Positions 1 through 16,270 of a stretch of DNA of 64,000 bases are shown piece after piece. The notes below the pieces were generated by a model, which saw only the letters and a program-made list of their open reading frames with translations, had not been told where the DNA came from and did no database searches. Made by a program: the position numbers and the translations under genes. The stretch comes from the human T2T-CHM13v2.0 reference genome, Homo sapiens, in NCBI RefSeq assembly GCF_009914755.1, contig NC_060932.1. One strand, 5' to 3'. Within the stretch, counting starts at the first letter, position 1, and each line of letters begins with the position of its first letter.

Positions 1-56
1 CAATAAATGCCACTAGAGTCTTCGAAATCAATGATGAATAAATGAGTCTTTGTCTC

Positions 57-1739
57 TGTATTAGTCTGCTGTCATCTGGAGAACAGACTAATAACCAAAA
101 TACCAGAGACTGGATATTTCATAAAGAAAAACAGTTTAATGGACTCACATTTCTGCATTGCTGGGAAGCCTCAGGAAACTTACAATCAGAGCAGAAGGTG
201 AAGCAGGAGCAAAGGCCCATCATACATGGTGGCAAGAAGGAGAGCATGTGTAAGCACAGGAAAAACTACCATTTATAAAACCATCCGATCTTGTAAGAAT
301 TCACTCCCTATCATGAGAACAGCATGGGGGAAACCACCTGGATTATCCAATCACTTCCAACCAGGTCTCTTTCTAAACACCTGTGGGTTACAATTCAAGA
401 AAAAATTTGGTGGGGGGGACACAAAGTATAACCATATCATTCCACCCCTGGCCCCTCCTAGATCTTATATCCTCACATTTCAAAACCAATCATGCCTTCC
501 CCAACGGTCCCCCCAAAATCTTAAATCATTTCAGCATTCACACAAACTCCATAGTCAAAAGTCCCATCTGAGACAAGACAAGTTTTCAAAACTAACCATG
601 CCTTCCCAACAATTCCCTGAAGTGTTAACTCATTCCAGTATTAACTGAAGAGTTCACAGAGTAAAGACAAGGCAAGTCCCTTCTACTTATCAGCCTGTAA
701 TATCAAAGGCAAGTTAATTACTTCTTAGATACAATGAGGATAAAGGCACAAAACCTTTTTTCCCTCCTAGGCCTCTGGGCCTGTGATGGGAGGGGCTGTC
801 ATGAGGTCTGTAACATACCCTGGAGACATTTTCCCCAACGTCTTGGAAGTTAACATTTGGGCTCTTCATTACTTATGCAAATTTCCACAGAGGGCTTAAA
901 TTTTCCCCCAGAAAATGGGTTTTTCTTTTCTACTGCATTGTCAGGCTGCATATTTTCCAAACTTTAATGCTCTGCTTTCTCCTGAACACTTTGCCACTTA
1001 GAAATTTCTTATGCCAGATGCCCCAAATCATCTTTCTCATGTTCGAAGTTCCACAGATCTTCGGGACAGGGGCCAAATGCTGCTAGTCTCTTTGCTAAAG
1101 TATACCAAAAGTCACCTTTGCTCCAGTTTCCAAGAAGTTTCTCATCATCACTTGAGACTACCTCAGCCTGGAATTCATTATCCATATCACTATTAGCATT
1201 TTGGTCAAAGCCATTTGACATGTCTCTAGGAAGTTCCAAACATCCCCACATCTTCCTGTCTTCTTCTGAGCCCTCCAAACTGTTCCAAACTCTTTGCCTG
1301 TTAGTTCCAAGGTCGCTTCCACATTTTGAGCTCTCTCTATAGCAGCACCCCACTCTCTGTAGTACCAATTTACTTTATCAGTCCATTCTCTTGCTGCCAT
1401 GAAGAATACCCAAAACTAGGCATGTTATAAAGAATAAGGGTTTAATGGACTCACAGTTATGCATTTCTGGGGAGGCCTCAGGAAACTTATAATCATGGCA
1501 GAAGGCGAAAGAGGAGGAAAGGTACATCTTCCATGATGGTAGGTGGGAGAGCATGTGTAAGCACAGGAAAAACTACCATTTATAAAGCCATCAGTTCTCA
1601 TGAGAATTCACTCCCTATCACGGGAATATCAAGGGGAAACCACCCCCATAAACCAGTCAGTTACCACCAGGTCTCTCCCTAAACACTTGGGGACTGCAAT
1701 TCAAAATGAGATATGGGTCGAGACACACTAATCATGTCA
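57..1739 (-). mobile_element. Two-LTR MaLR retroelement (THE1D/MSTA-like): LTR 57-439, internally deleted internal region 440-1373, LTR 1374-1739
   Basis: Two homologous ~370-380 bp repeats (tgtattagt...ggcctcaggaaacttacaatca...aaccatatca) flank THE1/MST-int sequence ending ...gtaccaatttac. Confidence 0.92.
1009..1368 (-). pseudogene. Remnant of the MaLR internal ORF (not a host gene)
   Basis: WNSLEGSEEDRKMW..LELPRD..NGFDQNA.SDMDNE.QAEVVS..DE.LLGNWSKGD is the typical THE1/MST internal ORF; it lies wholly inside the element. Confidence 0.85.
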
Positions 1740-2699
1740 TTCCCTCTCCTTAGCATGCTTATTATTTTTTGGGAAAGAATGTCACTTAATAATGCTTGCC
1801 CACCAGAGCAAGAAAAGTCTGATCTCTAACTACAATGAATGGAATGATAAATCCCTGAAACTGATCTCACTTACAAATATAATAGGTGGTAGGGATGTTA
1901 CTGGGAGTTTTATATCTATTTTAATTTATTCACAAAACAGAAAGGTAGAATTATATAATTGTCAAGGTATTTAAATTTTTGAAAAGGTAAGTAATTTTCC
2001 CAATGTAACATTTTTTTTAAATGTGTACACTGGGTTTTGCACATGAGTGTGCTTCTAAATGGTTCTTTCAATTTAATTATGCAATATTTGCATTGATGAC
2101 ATATATTGTCTTCAAGAATATATGTGAGTGTATTTCAATAAAATGGCTTTTAATTGCATGTTATAATTCATATGTTCTAACTGCATTTCATTAATCTTGT
2201 CTGGGCATCATACAGCTGTTTTCTAAGAAAAGATATTTAGAAGAGATTCATATTAGCGGTAAGAGAAAAAAATGCAGCCAGATATTGGAAAATGGCATAC
2301 ATTATCCGTTAGATAGACTAAGGGTTTTACGGCATCAGCAATTAGATGAAATAAGTACATGAATTAATTAGTGAACTTATAATTAATCAGCTTAAGACCT
2401 TAGTCCTCCATACTAAAACTTCAACTTGACCATATGAGACATTTTATTTCTTTAGTACACTCTTGGAGGGACGTTGTACATTAAATAGAACAGTGCTCAC
2501 AATGCCAAGCAGAGCTTTGCATTATAAGGCAGAGAGTTTTTTGAAAGAGCACTCCAGTAAACCAGTGAATAATAAGAGACATTGCATTCCTTATGATGGT
2601 AAAGTGAACAGATACATCCTAAGTGTGCAGATCCTGGTTTGTTTCTGTCTTCTGAGCACTGTGTTGGCTGCTACAAAATGCAGCACCATGTTTGTAATG

Positions 2700-2925
2700 T
2701 GATAAACTCAAGTGGCCAAAAAACATCTGGTATACAATTGCAGCAAAAAAAAGTTACATATACTTGTTGCAAGAGGGGAAATCAAACACCATAGAAAACT
2801 ATGGGAAGTCAATATAAGAGTACATTACAATGGGCTTTTAACTAGGACTGTGCTGTCTTTCTGATAGGGGTTAAGGAAGCAGGTACATCTGTCCTGGATT
2901 GTCTGCTGTCAGAAAACAGAGGCAA
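2700..2925. mobile_element. Degenerate ERV LTR fragment, family uncertain
   Basis: gttaaggaagcagg...ctggattgtctgctgtcagaaa resembles old ERV LTR consensus. Confidence 0.35.
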
Positions 2926-2931
2926 ATGTAA

Positions 2932-2932
<1 letters not shown>

Positions 2933-2976
<44 letters not shown>
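2933..2976 (+). repeat. (TG)22 microsatellite
   Basis: Direct reading. Confidence 0.98.
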
Positions 2977-2979
<3 letters not shown>

Positions 2980-3039
2980 TACATTTACCTGAAACAATAT
3001 TTTCTTATTAAATATAGTACAAATATGAAAATTGGGAAA

Positions 3040-3980
3040 TTAACACCTATAGTGATATTATATAATGTACAAATCTTATTTGTATTTTATCAGTTGTTTC
3101 AAGAATGTCCTTTATAACAAAAGCAAACTCAAAATCAGATCCAGAATCCAATCCAATCCAATCTATGATCATACATTGCATTTAATTGCCATGTCTCTCC
3201 TTTGACTCTCAGTCTGGAACCTTTTTTGTCTTCATGACCTTAACATTTTAGAGAGTAAATATTAGCTATTTTGTAGAACAGTCCTCAATTTGAGCTTCTC
3301 TGATATATCCTCATAATAAAGGCTTTTTTTGGTCTTTATCAGGAATGCCAGGAATTCAGACTGTGCCCTTCCCAGTGCATCATAGCTAGAGGCACTCAAT
3401 GGCAGTTTATCCCATTAATGAGGTTAACTTTTTCATTCGTAGAAGGCAGCATCTCCCAGGTTTCTCTACTGTAATATTATTTTATTCATTGTAATTTATA
3501 AGTATTTTATGGAAAAGTCGTTTGGGAATATGAAAATACCCTGTTTCTCAACAAACATTAACAAACATTATTAACATATTAATGATTGTTCTTTTAATTA
3601 AGTAATCAAGTATGTTACAAAAAGTAATGATTTTTCTAACACCATTTTTTCTTCTGCATTTACTTCTTGCTATTCTACTATAAATACAATTTTTTCCTCT
3701 CTTACTGCTTAAATTGCCCAATTAATTAAATATTAAGTAATTACATGATTATTTAGAATATAAAGGACTTAGCATATAATTAGGCAATCAACTAGTGAGA
3801 GAAAAATCAAATCACAAATTATTAAGTAATTAATTTCTATTTCTACAGGCTAATGACGTCTATTAAATGGGTTAAAATCCATTTACTGTTAATATTTATT
3901 CTGATGATGGAAATATCCCACATCTGGTTCCTGTGTCTTTTCAAGATGTACCAATTCACTCTTTAAAGATCTACTTACTT
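3040..3980 (-). mobile_element. Old L1 3' UTR fragment (L1MC-like)
   Basis: gatcatacattgcatttaattgccatgtctctc...ttgtcttcatgaccttaacatttt...gtagaacagtcctcaatttg matches the L1MC4/5 3' end in antisense. Confidence 0.7.
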
Positions 3981-5253
3981 CTGATTCTTATTATGCTGGA
4001 GCTCTGTGGATGTAGTGGTAAGATGAAGGGGTAAGATGTAGGGGAGGATATGAGGTGACTAGTTTGACACAAAGGAGAAGAAAGGAGAGTTTTAAATAGG
4101 AAAGACTAAATTGGTATAGCAATACAAACTTCTCAGTTCTCTGTAAGTTAAAAGAATAATAGAGTACAGTACTCAAAGACAACTTTCATCACATGGCTAT
4201 TAAATATAGGAAATTGTTGGCTTGCTCAGCCATCTTATATTCCTTCATGTAAACAGCCTGTAGTATATTGCTTTAGTTGATTCATTAATATTTTCATAAA
4301 TATAACAACTATTGAATATCAGATACTATGCCAAGCACAACACGGTAATTTATTTATTTCAAGTTTCTGAAACAAATTGGTTATATGAAATTGACTAAAC
4401 TCTAAATATGAAAAGTGTGTTGTAATCCAATCACAGTAACACAACTGGTAAACAGATTTGATACCTAAATCTTTATATTCTTACTCAAGTTCTCTTTTCA
4501 GCACTAGTGTTAAGTATTTTCTATTTATATTCATATATTTATATTGAAAGAATTAAATTTTAGTTTTTAATATTTATGTGGTTAATGAAAAGCATCTTGG
4601 AAGCTATTAAGCATACTAGTTACACAGCGAGACTTGATTTTTTTCTGTCTAATGAGTAAGCAGGATCTAGCTCAAAGGTTAGCATATATTATCCACTGAA
4701 TAAGTATACATAAAATCACTACAATCATTAATAAAACTCATAGTTTTTGGTAAAAATTTAAATTGATTAATACAATGGCAGCTTGCATTTTTCTTACTGA
4801 CTGTGTAATACAAATGCAATAAGGAAGCCCCACAGAATGTGGAATTTCACAGTGCATGTCTAAATATTTTTGCCACCTGCAGTCACGAATATATCATTCT
4901 ATGGAGATTATAAATGAAACACACAAATGAATAAGTTAGCATTGAAAAAAGATGCATAATTTTTACCCTATAAAAGCCAATAAAATTATTTTTATTGTTC
5001 TTTTGTTTCATATATTTTAAATATTCACAAAATAGCAAAATTCCTCCCAGATGGTAAACACCTTCAGGAAATCTCTGGGTTTTATTAAATTTGGAATTTA
5101 AAGTAAACTCTGCCTTCAAAGAATCCAGATGTCCAAAAAAGCTTATAATTTGCCATAACATTCTTATGGGACAATTAGTGACTCAGTCTCCTGAATAAGA
5201 TATCAGAAATAAGTATTATTAGAATCATTAAAAAATCTTTGTGTATGCAAGCC

Positions 5254-5321
5254 AGTTCAGTTAAATGACAACATTTTCTGGTATTAGAGTTCAGTTAAGT
5301 GATAACATTTTCCGGTATTAG
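5254..5321 (+). repeat. 34-bp tandem duplication (2 copies, 3 mismatches)
   Basis: agttcagttaaatgacaacattttctggtattag / agttcagttaagtgataacattttccggtattag. Confidence 0.95.
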
Positions 5322-5766
5322 CAATAACCTTTGCTGTAACAATGACTTTAAATCTGTTTCTTATGACTATATCCATTAAAATAAAACACTCTAAATTTCT
5401 AAATACCCACACTAATTTTATCCTAAATTTCGTATGTAAATATAAAAAAAAAGTGTTTCTATATTTTTGGGGCATTCTAAGATGATCTCTGAATTGAACT
5501 TTCAGTCATCTTTCCCCAGGGGTAAAGAAAGAATTCCTCTGAGAGTCTACTCATTCTGACCCTGGCCGTATTAATTAATCAATCAAAAATCAATCAGTTA
5601 ACCAGCCAGTCATTTACTCAGTTAGCTAGGAAGTCAGTAACCTGGAGGTTATGCACTGCCAACTATAAATTCATAATAGTGACAGGTTTAGGGTGACAAA
5701 TAAAAATTAGGAAACGTTATCTTTACATTATTTGTTGTACACATGTATAAATAAGATGTACATATG

Positions 5767-5987
5767 GAGAAGAAAAAAGAGCTAAATTTATAGAATAATC
5801 TTTATATGCCTTGAGGGTTAAAGAAGATGGAGATCAATATAGGGTGGAATAAACTAGAGATCAATATGGGCTGACATAAACTGGAGAACTAGAGAAGAAA
5901 ACAAAAGCTAAATTTATAGAGTAATCTTTATATGCCATGAAGATTCAAAGAAGATATAGATCAATATGGACTAGAATAAACTAGAGA
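5767..5987 (+). repeat. Compound local duplication (~95 bp x2 with a nested ~27 bp third copy)
   Basis: gagaagaaaa..gctaaatttataga.taatctttatatgcc...agatcaatat...aataaactagaga at 5767-5860 and 5892-5987. Confidence 0.9.
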
Positions 5988-7770
5988 AAATTAATGGAAA
6001 TGGAGAAACTCTAAGGAATTGAAAGGATTTTAGGATATACAATAAGAAAGGAAATAAGATTACAATGACTAGGTTTTAGATCCTAAGGGTAGTACTCATG
6101 GAACTCTCTCACAGTAAGTAGGTCCAATATTAACATTGAGAATTATATGAAGACTAAATTTGCGAAACAGAAGTCTCTTAGTAACGACCTTGTGCTATAG
6201 GTTGAAGGTTTTATGGAGAATGTGTATACCCAACCAACAGTAACTATTATAAAGAAACATCAGAAAAATAATTCCATCATTCATTCTTTTGTTGAACAAA
6301 TTCTGAGTATTTATTCTGTGCCAGATAATCTTCTATGTTCTCAAGACAGAGAAGTGAGCATGAGAGGATTTCTGTGGCTTCACAGAACTTACATTTTGGT
6401 GAGGTGAGAAAGAAATCTCAAGTAAATTATATAGTATATGGGCTGGTAAAAAGGGCCATGAATAACAGAAAGTGGACAAAGGGTAGGAAGTACAGGTGGG
6501 TTAAGTGCAATTTTAAGCAGATTTGTAGGAGCAGCCTCACTGAATAGATAGCATTTTGAACAAATAACTGAAGAGGGCAAGGGAGTGACTCCTGTAGAAT
6601 TTTGGAGATATCTGGAGAAAACACAGTAAGGCAGATAAGAAATGCGAAGACTCAGATACAGCAGCCTGCTTGGAGTATCCGAGTAATAGCAAGGAAACCA
6701 GTGGGAAATGAGCCAAGAGAGTGAGGCACAAGGAGAAACAAATGAGACCCGTGAGGTGATGAGACGTGTTGTAGAGAAGCAGTAGCAGTTCACGAGGGAC
6801 TTAGTAGTTAATTGTAAAGGTTTTTACTTTTATGCTAATGAAATAAAAAGCCACTGTAAGATTTTGAGCATAGATGTGACATTATGATATTATCTGACTT
6901 ATAATAAAGACAGTAGTCACTGCTACTGACCCAAGTATTGATAATAACCTGCTTTAGATTGCAAAGAACAGAAGGAGAAGATCAGTCAAGAGGCTTTTGC
7001 AATAATCTAGAGGAAAGAAAATGAGGCTAGGAAAAGGATGGTAGCAACTGATTTAATAAGAAATCATATTCTAGAGGTTAGTACTTGCTGATTGAGTGCA
7101 TGAGGTTAAGCAAGAAAGAGTGGGGTGGCTCCCAGATTTTGAGCCTTAGCAACTGGCAAAAGACCGTTGGCATTCACTAAATGGAAAAGATTTACTGGAA
7201 CATCGATGCATAATTAACAGTTTCATTTTGGACATGTTAAATCTGAAATATGGATATGATCCCTAAGTGGTTGAGACCAACTTGGATATATAATTCTAAA
7301 ATTCAAAAGAGAGATATGGGCTAGTGATAATCATTTGTGACTACTCACCATAAATGGCATTTTAAGGAATGAAATCCATGATATTCAGAGAAGACAATAA
7401 AAATAAGTGAGCTCTCAAGACTCCTCACCCAAGTCTCTACAAAATTATTAGGTTCAATCAGGTAGAACTAGTGATGGAAGACTAGAGGTAGAAATTAAAC
7501 AAAGTATAGTACCCTAAAAAACAAAATCAAAAACAATTTTGAAGGAAAGAATGAAGAACTGAGGACTATATCTGGTGAATTTGCAGTCACTAAATGATTT
7601 GAAAAAATCAATTTTGGTGGAATGCTGGGGGCAAAAGATAGAACAAAAGGCATAAAGAAAGATTGAGATGAGAGGAATTGTAAACGGTAGGTTTACGGAA
7701 ATCTTTCAAGACCTTTTCGTATGAATGATAGCAGAGAACTGGAATGAAAACTGGAGATAAGAAAGCTGAT

Positions 7771-7946
7771 TCTAGATCTCTGAGAAATAGCCACACCTGG
7801 ACTTAATATCTAGTTGATGGTTGATGGGTGCAGCAATCCACCATGGCACACGTTTACCTATGTAACAAACCTACACATCCTGCACATGTGCCCCGGAACT
7901 TAAAATAAAAATAAAAAAATACACAGATATATTAACGATTTTAAAA
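7771..7946 (+). mobile_element. Very short older L1PA 3' end with a ~27-bp 5' inversion
   Basis: gatgggtgcagcaatccaccatggcacacgtttacctatgtaacaaacc + A tail; preceded by antisense ORF2 ttctagatctctgagaaatagccacac; TSD aagaaagctgat (7759-7770) / aagaaaattgat (7947-7958). Confidence 0.8.
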
Positions 7947-8018
7947 AAGAAAATTGATGACACATGAGAAGATGGAGACTTGCTAGTTTAAAGTTCTCAA
8001 GTAAGGTAAGAAACACAA

Positions 8019-8283
8019 AGCCTAGGTGCAATGGCTCACACCTATAATCCCGGCACTTTGGAAGGCCGAGGCAGGCCAATCACTTGAGTCCAGGAGTCAG
8101 AGATCAGCCTGGACAACATGGCAAAACACTGTCTCTACACAAGTATACAAAAATTAGCTGGGCGTGGTGGTGCCTGCCTGTAGTCCCAACTCTTCAGGAG
8201 GCTGAGATGGGAGGATAACCTGAGCCCAGGAGGTCACCAGTATGGGTGACAGAGAGACCCTGTCTCAAAAAGAAAGAAAAAAA
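8019..8283 (+). mobile_element. AluJ with ~35-bp deletion in the right arm
   Basis: Alu dimer; ...gagcccaggaggtca joins directly to ccagtatgggtgacagag; A tail. Confidence 0.92.
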
Positions 8284-9029
8284 GATGATTTGGTACATAG
8301 GTAGATAGTTTTTTAGGAACAAAAGGGAAAACACATATGAAAGTTGATTTATAAATATGGTAGTAAGAATTTGATGTAATTCTTAACTAATTGAATTTTT
8401 TTTTCCAGTGAAATAAGAATGGTCATCTTCTGTGAATGAGACTAAAAGAAGATGTTAGGTGAATAAAGAGAGAAAAGTATAAAAGAGTCATTTGGTTGAG
8501 AAGAACACAGATGTATTACACAGTTGAACACGAAAAGCCTATTTAGGACTGATGGCCATAAATACATAGGGAGGCCAGACCACATACTGCCATGTTTTCC
8601 TTCAGATAAGCTCATTGGCTTGGGAGTAGAGGTGCAGTAGTCAGATAATTGGTCTTTTTCTAATGGAGAACTTGGAAACGAGAGAAGGATAAGGCAATTG
8701 AGGGTGTATGAATGAACCATATAATTTAAGCCAGGAATGGATGTGGAAAAACATTATGGAGTCCTGAGGGCTGAAAATATAACTAAAGGGTACATCCTGA
8801 TGAAGTCTAAGCATTGTTCAAATTTCAGAATGAGAGGGAGATAGCAGCAAAGTAGGAGATGGAAATCAATAAAGGGGATGATTGCAGTAGAGATTATGTA
8901 AGGTTTCAGGTTTTGGCAATGGGACAAGTTCTAGGTATGACTATGTGGATGAAGCACTGAGTTTGGTTTAAAGAGAAAGTCACTGCAGAAGAGCTGAGGG
9001 AATTGAGAGGCCAGAAAAGGGGGACAATC

Positions 9030-9030
<1 letters not shown>

Positions 9031-9072
<42 letters not shown>

Positions 9073-9078
9073 TAGATA
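9031..9078 (+). repeat. (GATA)3(GACA)7(GATA)2 compound STR
   Basis: Direct reading. Confidence 0.97.
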
Positions 9079-9957
9079 TTTGGCATGGATTGTGATAAGA
9101 AGTGCAATGAAAAAAGTATGATATTTAATGCTGAAAGCTACAATTCACAATGGAGATATAACAGTTGTGCACTGAATAATACGGTAGCTGTTTTTAAAGC
9201 AAGAAACTATTGGAAATGCAAAGAGAAATAGGTAGAAACACACTAACAAGGAGATATTTTAACACACCACTCTGAGTATAAGAAAGGTCAAGTGGCCAAA
9301 AATATATGTGAGAATAAAGAAGGCCTAAATCCCATGATCAAGAACATAATTATTAGGAAGGTTGACTAACTACCTATTTATCTATTTAGATCTTTATAAT
9401 ATATTAGGTCACAAAGAAAGCATAAGTAGCATAAAGTAGAATAATTAAAATAAAACTCTCTGATTGCAATGTAATAATATTTAAAATTAATAACAGAATT
9501 TTTAAAAGACTTCAACATGGAAATTTTAAAAAAATCCTATTAAACAATACCTGGATTTATGGCTGAAACAGAACATATATATGAAAGTTACACAACTGTG
9601 GAAAATAACACCTCATACCCAAACATATGGGAAACATTTAAAGCACTGAGCAAAATAAAGTTTATAGCCTTCAGTATGTTTAGTACTTAAACAGAAACAA
9701 TGAAAATGAATAAATTAAATTCCCAAATTAAAATCAGAAGCAGAACAATAAATAAACCAATGGAATCCAAAACAAAGGAAATAAGATAAAAGCAGAAATT
9801 ATGAGATAGAAAACAGAAAATTGAAAGCTTAAATTATCATATCAAAATGCTGGTCCCTGAAAAATTTAATACTGCATACAAACTATAACTTAATGTATTC
9901 AGGTGAGAAAAAAGCATAAATAAGTACAATGATACAAAACGTAAAACTACAATGGAA

Positions 9958-10322
<365 letters not shown>

Positions 10323-10830
10323 TTATTTTGAACACTGTATGCAGAGAGATTTGAAAGGTTAGATGACATTTAACCTTTATCCTTAAACAGGGAAACACAG
10401 TTCATGAAATTAACTTCTTCATCAGAGATAGAAAGCTTAGATGAACTTATACAGAAGAAATAGACTTTGACAAAATAATCAGACCCAGATGGTTTTTCAA
10501 AGACTCTACCCAACCTTCAAAAAAGATACTTCCAAATGCTACATAAGTTGTTCCAGAGCATAGAAGCTAAAAAAAAGGAGAGAAAATTCCAACTTCTTTT
10601 TAGCAACAAACACATAATATGAATATCTAATTCAGATAAAGGTGCCATAAAAGAAGAAAATTACCAAACAACATTACCTACAAATATCATGTCAAATGTC
10701 CTAGATAAAATTTTAGCTAGCAGAATTCAACATTACATGAAAAAATGATAATACATAAACAATTAGGATTTATTTATGTAATGCAATGCCAGTTAAATAT
10801 TGGAAAACCCATTAACATAATATACCACAG

Positions 10831-12800
<1,970 letters not shown>

Positions 12801-13550
12801 TATTAACAGACCTAAAAAAAATCTTTATTTGACTTATAAGAGCTTTTTACAAACTCAACATTGCTTCTTTAGAAAAGTTAAAAATTAAGAATTAATGGAT
12901 GCTTTCTTACGTAATATAATACCTTTAAGTTGATCATTATCCCAGAATCTTAATTAATGGAGAATAACTAAAGTATTTTCACTTATATGGGGAAAAAATA
13001 GTATGCACACTATTTTTACTACCACTGATAATTCTTCCTGAGGTATCAGCAAATTTAAGTAGGAAAAAATCCATTAGAATCTTAACTGCAAAAGAAATAT
13101 TAACCAATTTTTATTTGCTGAAGATATTATTATATACCTAGGAAACCCAGGAGAATCAATGAAAATTTCTCACCATTTTAAGTAACGATAAAAATTCAAC
13201 AAGGTAGCAGGAGATAAAACTAACTTACGTAAGTCAATAGCCTTCATAGATTTCACAAATAATAAGTAGATAGATGATATAATGATAGAGAAAACCCCAT
13301 TTACAATTGCAGTGCACAAGATAATGTAGTTAGAAATAATAGGAAATTTGCAAAACCTATATGAGGTAAACTATAAAGCGCTACTCTAAGTCACAGGTAT
13401 AATCTTGGGCAAATGGACATAGCCCCTGCTCCCAAGGGAAACAACTCAATATCATGAAGACATTAAATTTTCTTATGATCATTTATAAAATTCATGAAAT
13501 CCACAGAAAATATCAATAGACTATTTTTAGACACAGTCAACCGATACTAA

Positions 13551-13957
<407 letters not shown>

Positions 13958-14470
13958 AAGAATGTTGTTTTAATCTTCACTTCTGACTATATTAATATTG
14001 CTGATCTTATCAGGGCATTTATATTTTATCTTCTGTAAGCCAGTCATATTATTTTAGTGGGGCATGAGAATTTTCCCCAATTGATATATGCAAGCTTTAT
14101 ATAGTACTTTAACATTCACATGTCAACTTATTTGTGAATATTTTTTCAGTCTATAGGTTTTGGTTATTATAGTACAGACACTGTCACATCCATTGATGTT
14201 TTCCTTTCTTTCATTTCTTTGATGCTTTTTCTTTTTCTTAAAGGCATTCTTCAATCAATATTAGATAATCACCTATATTTTTCTAGTGTTGAATGTCATA
14301 GATAAACTTATACTCTGATCCATCTGGAATTTATTTTGATATGCAATATGATGAAAGGTTATCAAAATATGTTTTCCACGTGGCTAGTGACTGTTCTAAA
14401 TTCAATGTATTTTAAACACTTTATCAATTCATTTTGCCTTTTACTCTCATCTAAGAAATACAGGCATCAA
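13958..14470 (-). mobile_element. Ancient L1 ORF2 3' fragment
   Basis: gatccatctggaatttattttgatatg is the antisense of the PYTKINSRW region. Confidence 0.6.
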
Positions 14471-14497
14471 AGTTCAAATAAAGAATTGTGCAATGTA

Positions 14498-14837
<340 letters not shown>

Positions 14838-15418
14838 CTACCTTTCATGTTCTTAATTCCAATATCCTGAGATAACCATTTTAAACACACTATGCGTATT
14901 CCTAATCGTTCTTAGCATATTCTTTCCTGCACATACAGTTATTTCCACCCTTAACTAGGGTCAATTTCTGACTCACATTATCTTTTCATCTGACTTGATC
15001 ATAATTAGCAAAAGTAGTAAAAAAAAAATACCTTTGTAAAATTTGATAAAATTTGAACCAGCCTAAAGATACAAAGGATTTAGATATATGGATGGCTGTG
15101 TTAATTATTAATGGTCAAGTAGGAATTCTAATGTTTTTGGCCAGAGGCCATTACAAAGCTTCTTGAACAAAGACATATATAATTCAATCCTTAGCAACAG
15201 CTAGGAAGGTTCAGAGAGAGTAGAGTTAGAAAGAAATTCTGAATATAAAAACATACAGCCTTCTACAATCAGAAATTATTCAGGTCCAGCCATCCTGATA
15301 TTAATAATGGGGTGTCATAAAAGATGATAATCCATATTTTACCACTTCCTGCCCCCTCATTCCCATATAACTCCCTGTCCTCTAAGAATACTTCCAAAAC
15401 ATATTAAAGCCCCATAGC

Positions 15419-15792
<374 letters not shown>

Positions 15793-15929
15793 TCACAGTC
15801 ATCTTTCCCTCAAAGATGCTTCTATTTTTCTGCTATGATTTTTAGCTGCTTCTTATACTTCACCAGCCTTCTCAGCTTATGAGGAGATTAGTTCCTTGTT
15901 GGTCAAATTTGTTCCATGTTTAGCTTTGT

Positions 15930-16270
15930 CATTTCCGGAGCTTTACCTTGCTAACTCTTGTTGAAATTTATTGTAAAGAGTATTCAGTGAAAGCGGCAGG
16001 AAAAATGAATACTTCCTCTAACATTTTTCACTACACACTGATGAAAGGGACCACAGGGATGTACTGTTTGTGGAACAAATTTTTTTCTGCTAAACCAGTA
16101 GAGTTTCTGCCAAACTGACAATGAAATTAGATATCATCACCCCCTTGAGCTCTTCTGTGTAGCTGGAGCAGAAGAGGATTCTAACTAAAGAATATTTACA
16201 AAACTTCTTTACATCCTAGAGATTTCGGTCTGCACCAGTATTGATTGTTTGCGTAAGGCCCAAAGCCTGT
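15930..16270 (-). promoter_or_regulatory. Candidate liver/endoderm-type promoter or enhancer, with a possible non-coding first exon ending at 15947
   Basis: Overlapping TATTGATT, TGTTTGC, TTGCGTAA and CAAAG motifs at 16239-16268; minus-strand AAG|gtaaag donor. Confidence 0.3.

Larger units (their letters stand above)
6270..9150 (-). mobile_element. L2 (L2a-like) fragments, interrupted by an L1PA and an AluJ
   Basis: Starts with the L2 3' tail (attccatcattcattc...gagtatttattctgtgccag), then typical purine-rich L2 antisense (ttttggacatgttaaatctgaaat, gagccttagcaactgg). Confidence 0.75.

Noticed and set aside
150-1480. PRDM9 hotspot motif in the THE1-like LTRs
   Set aside because: Both LTRs are degenerate at the site (attgctgggaagcc; atttctggggaggcc) relative to the reverse complement of CCTCCCTNNCCAC.
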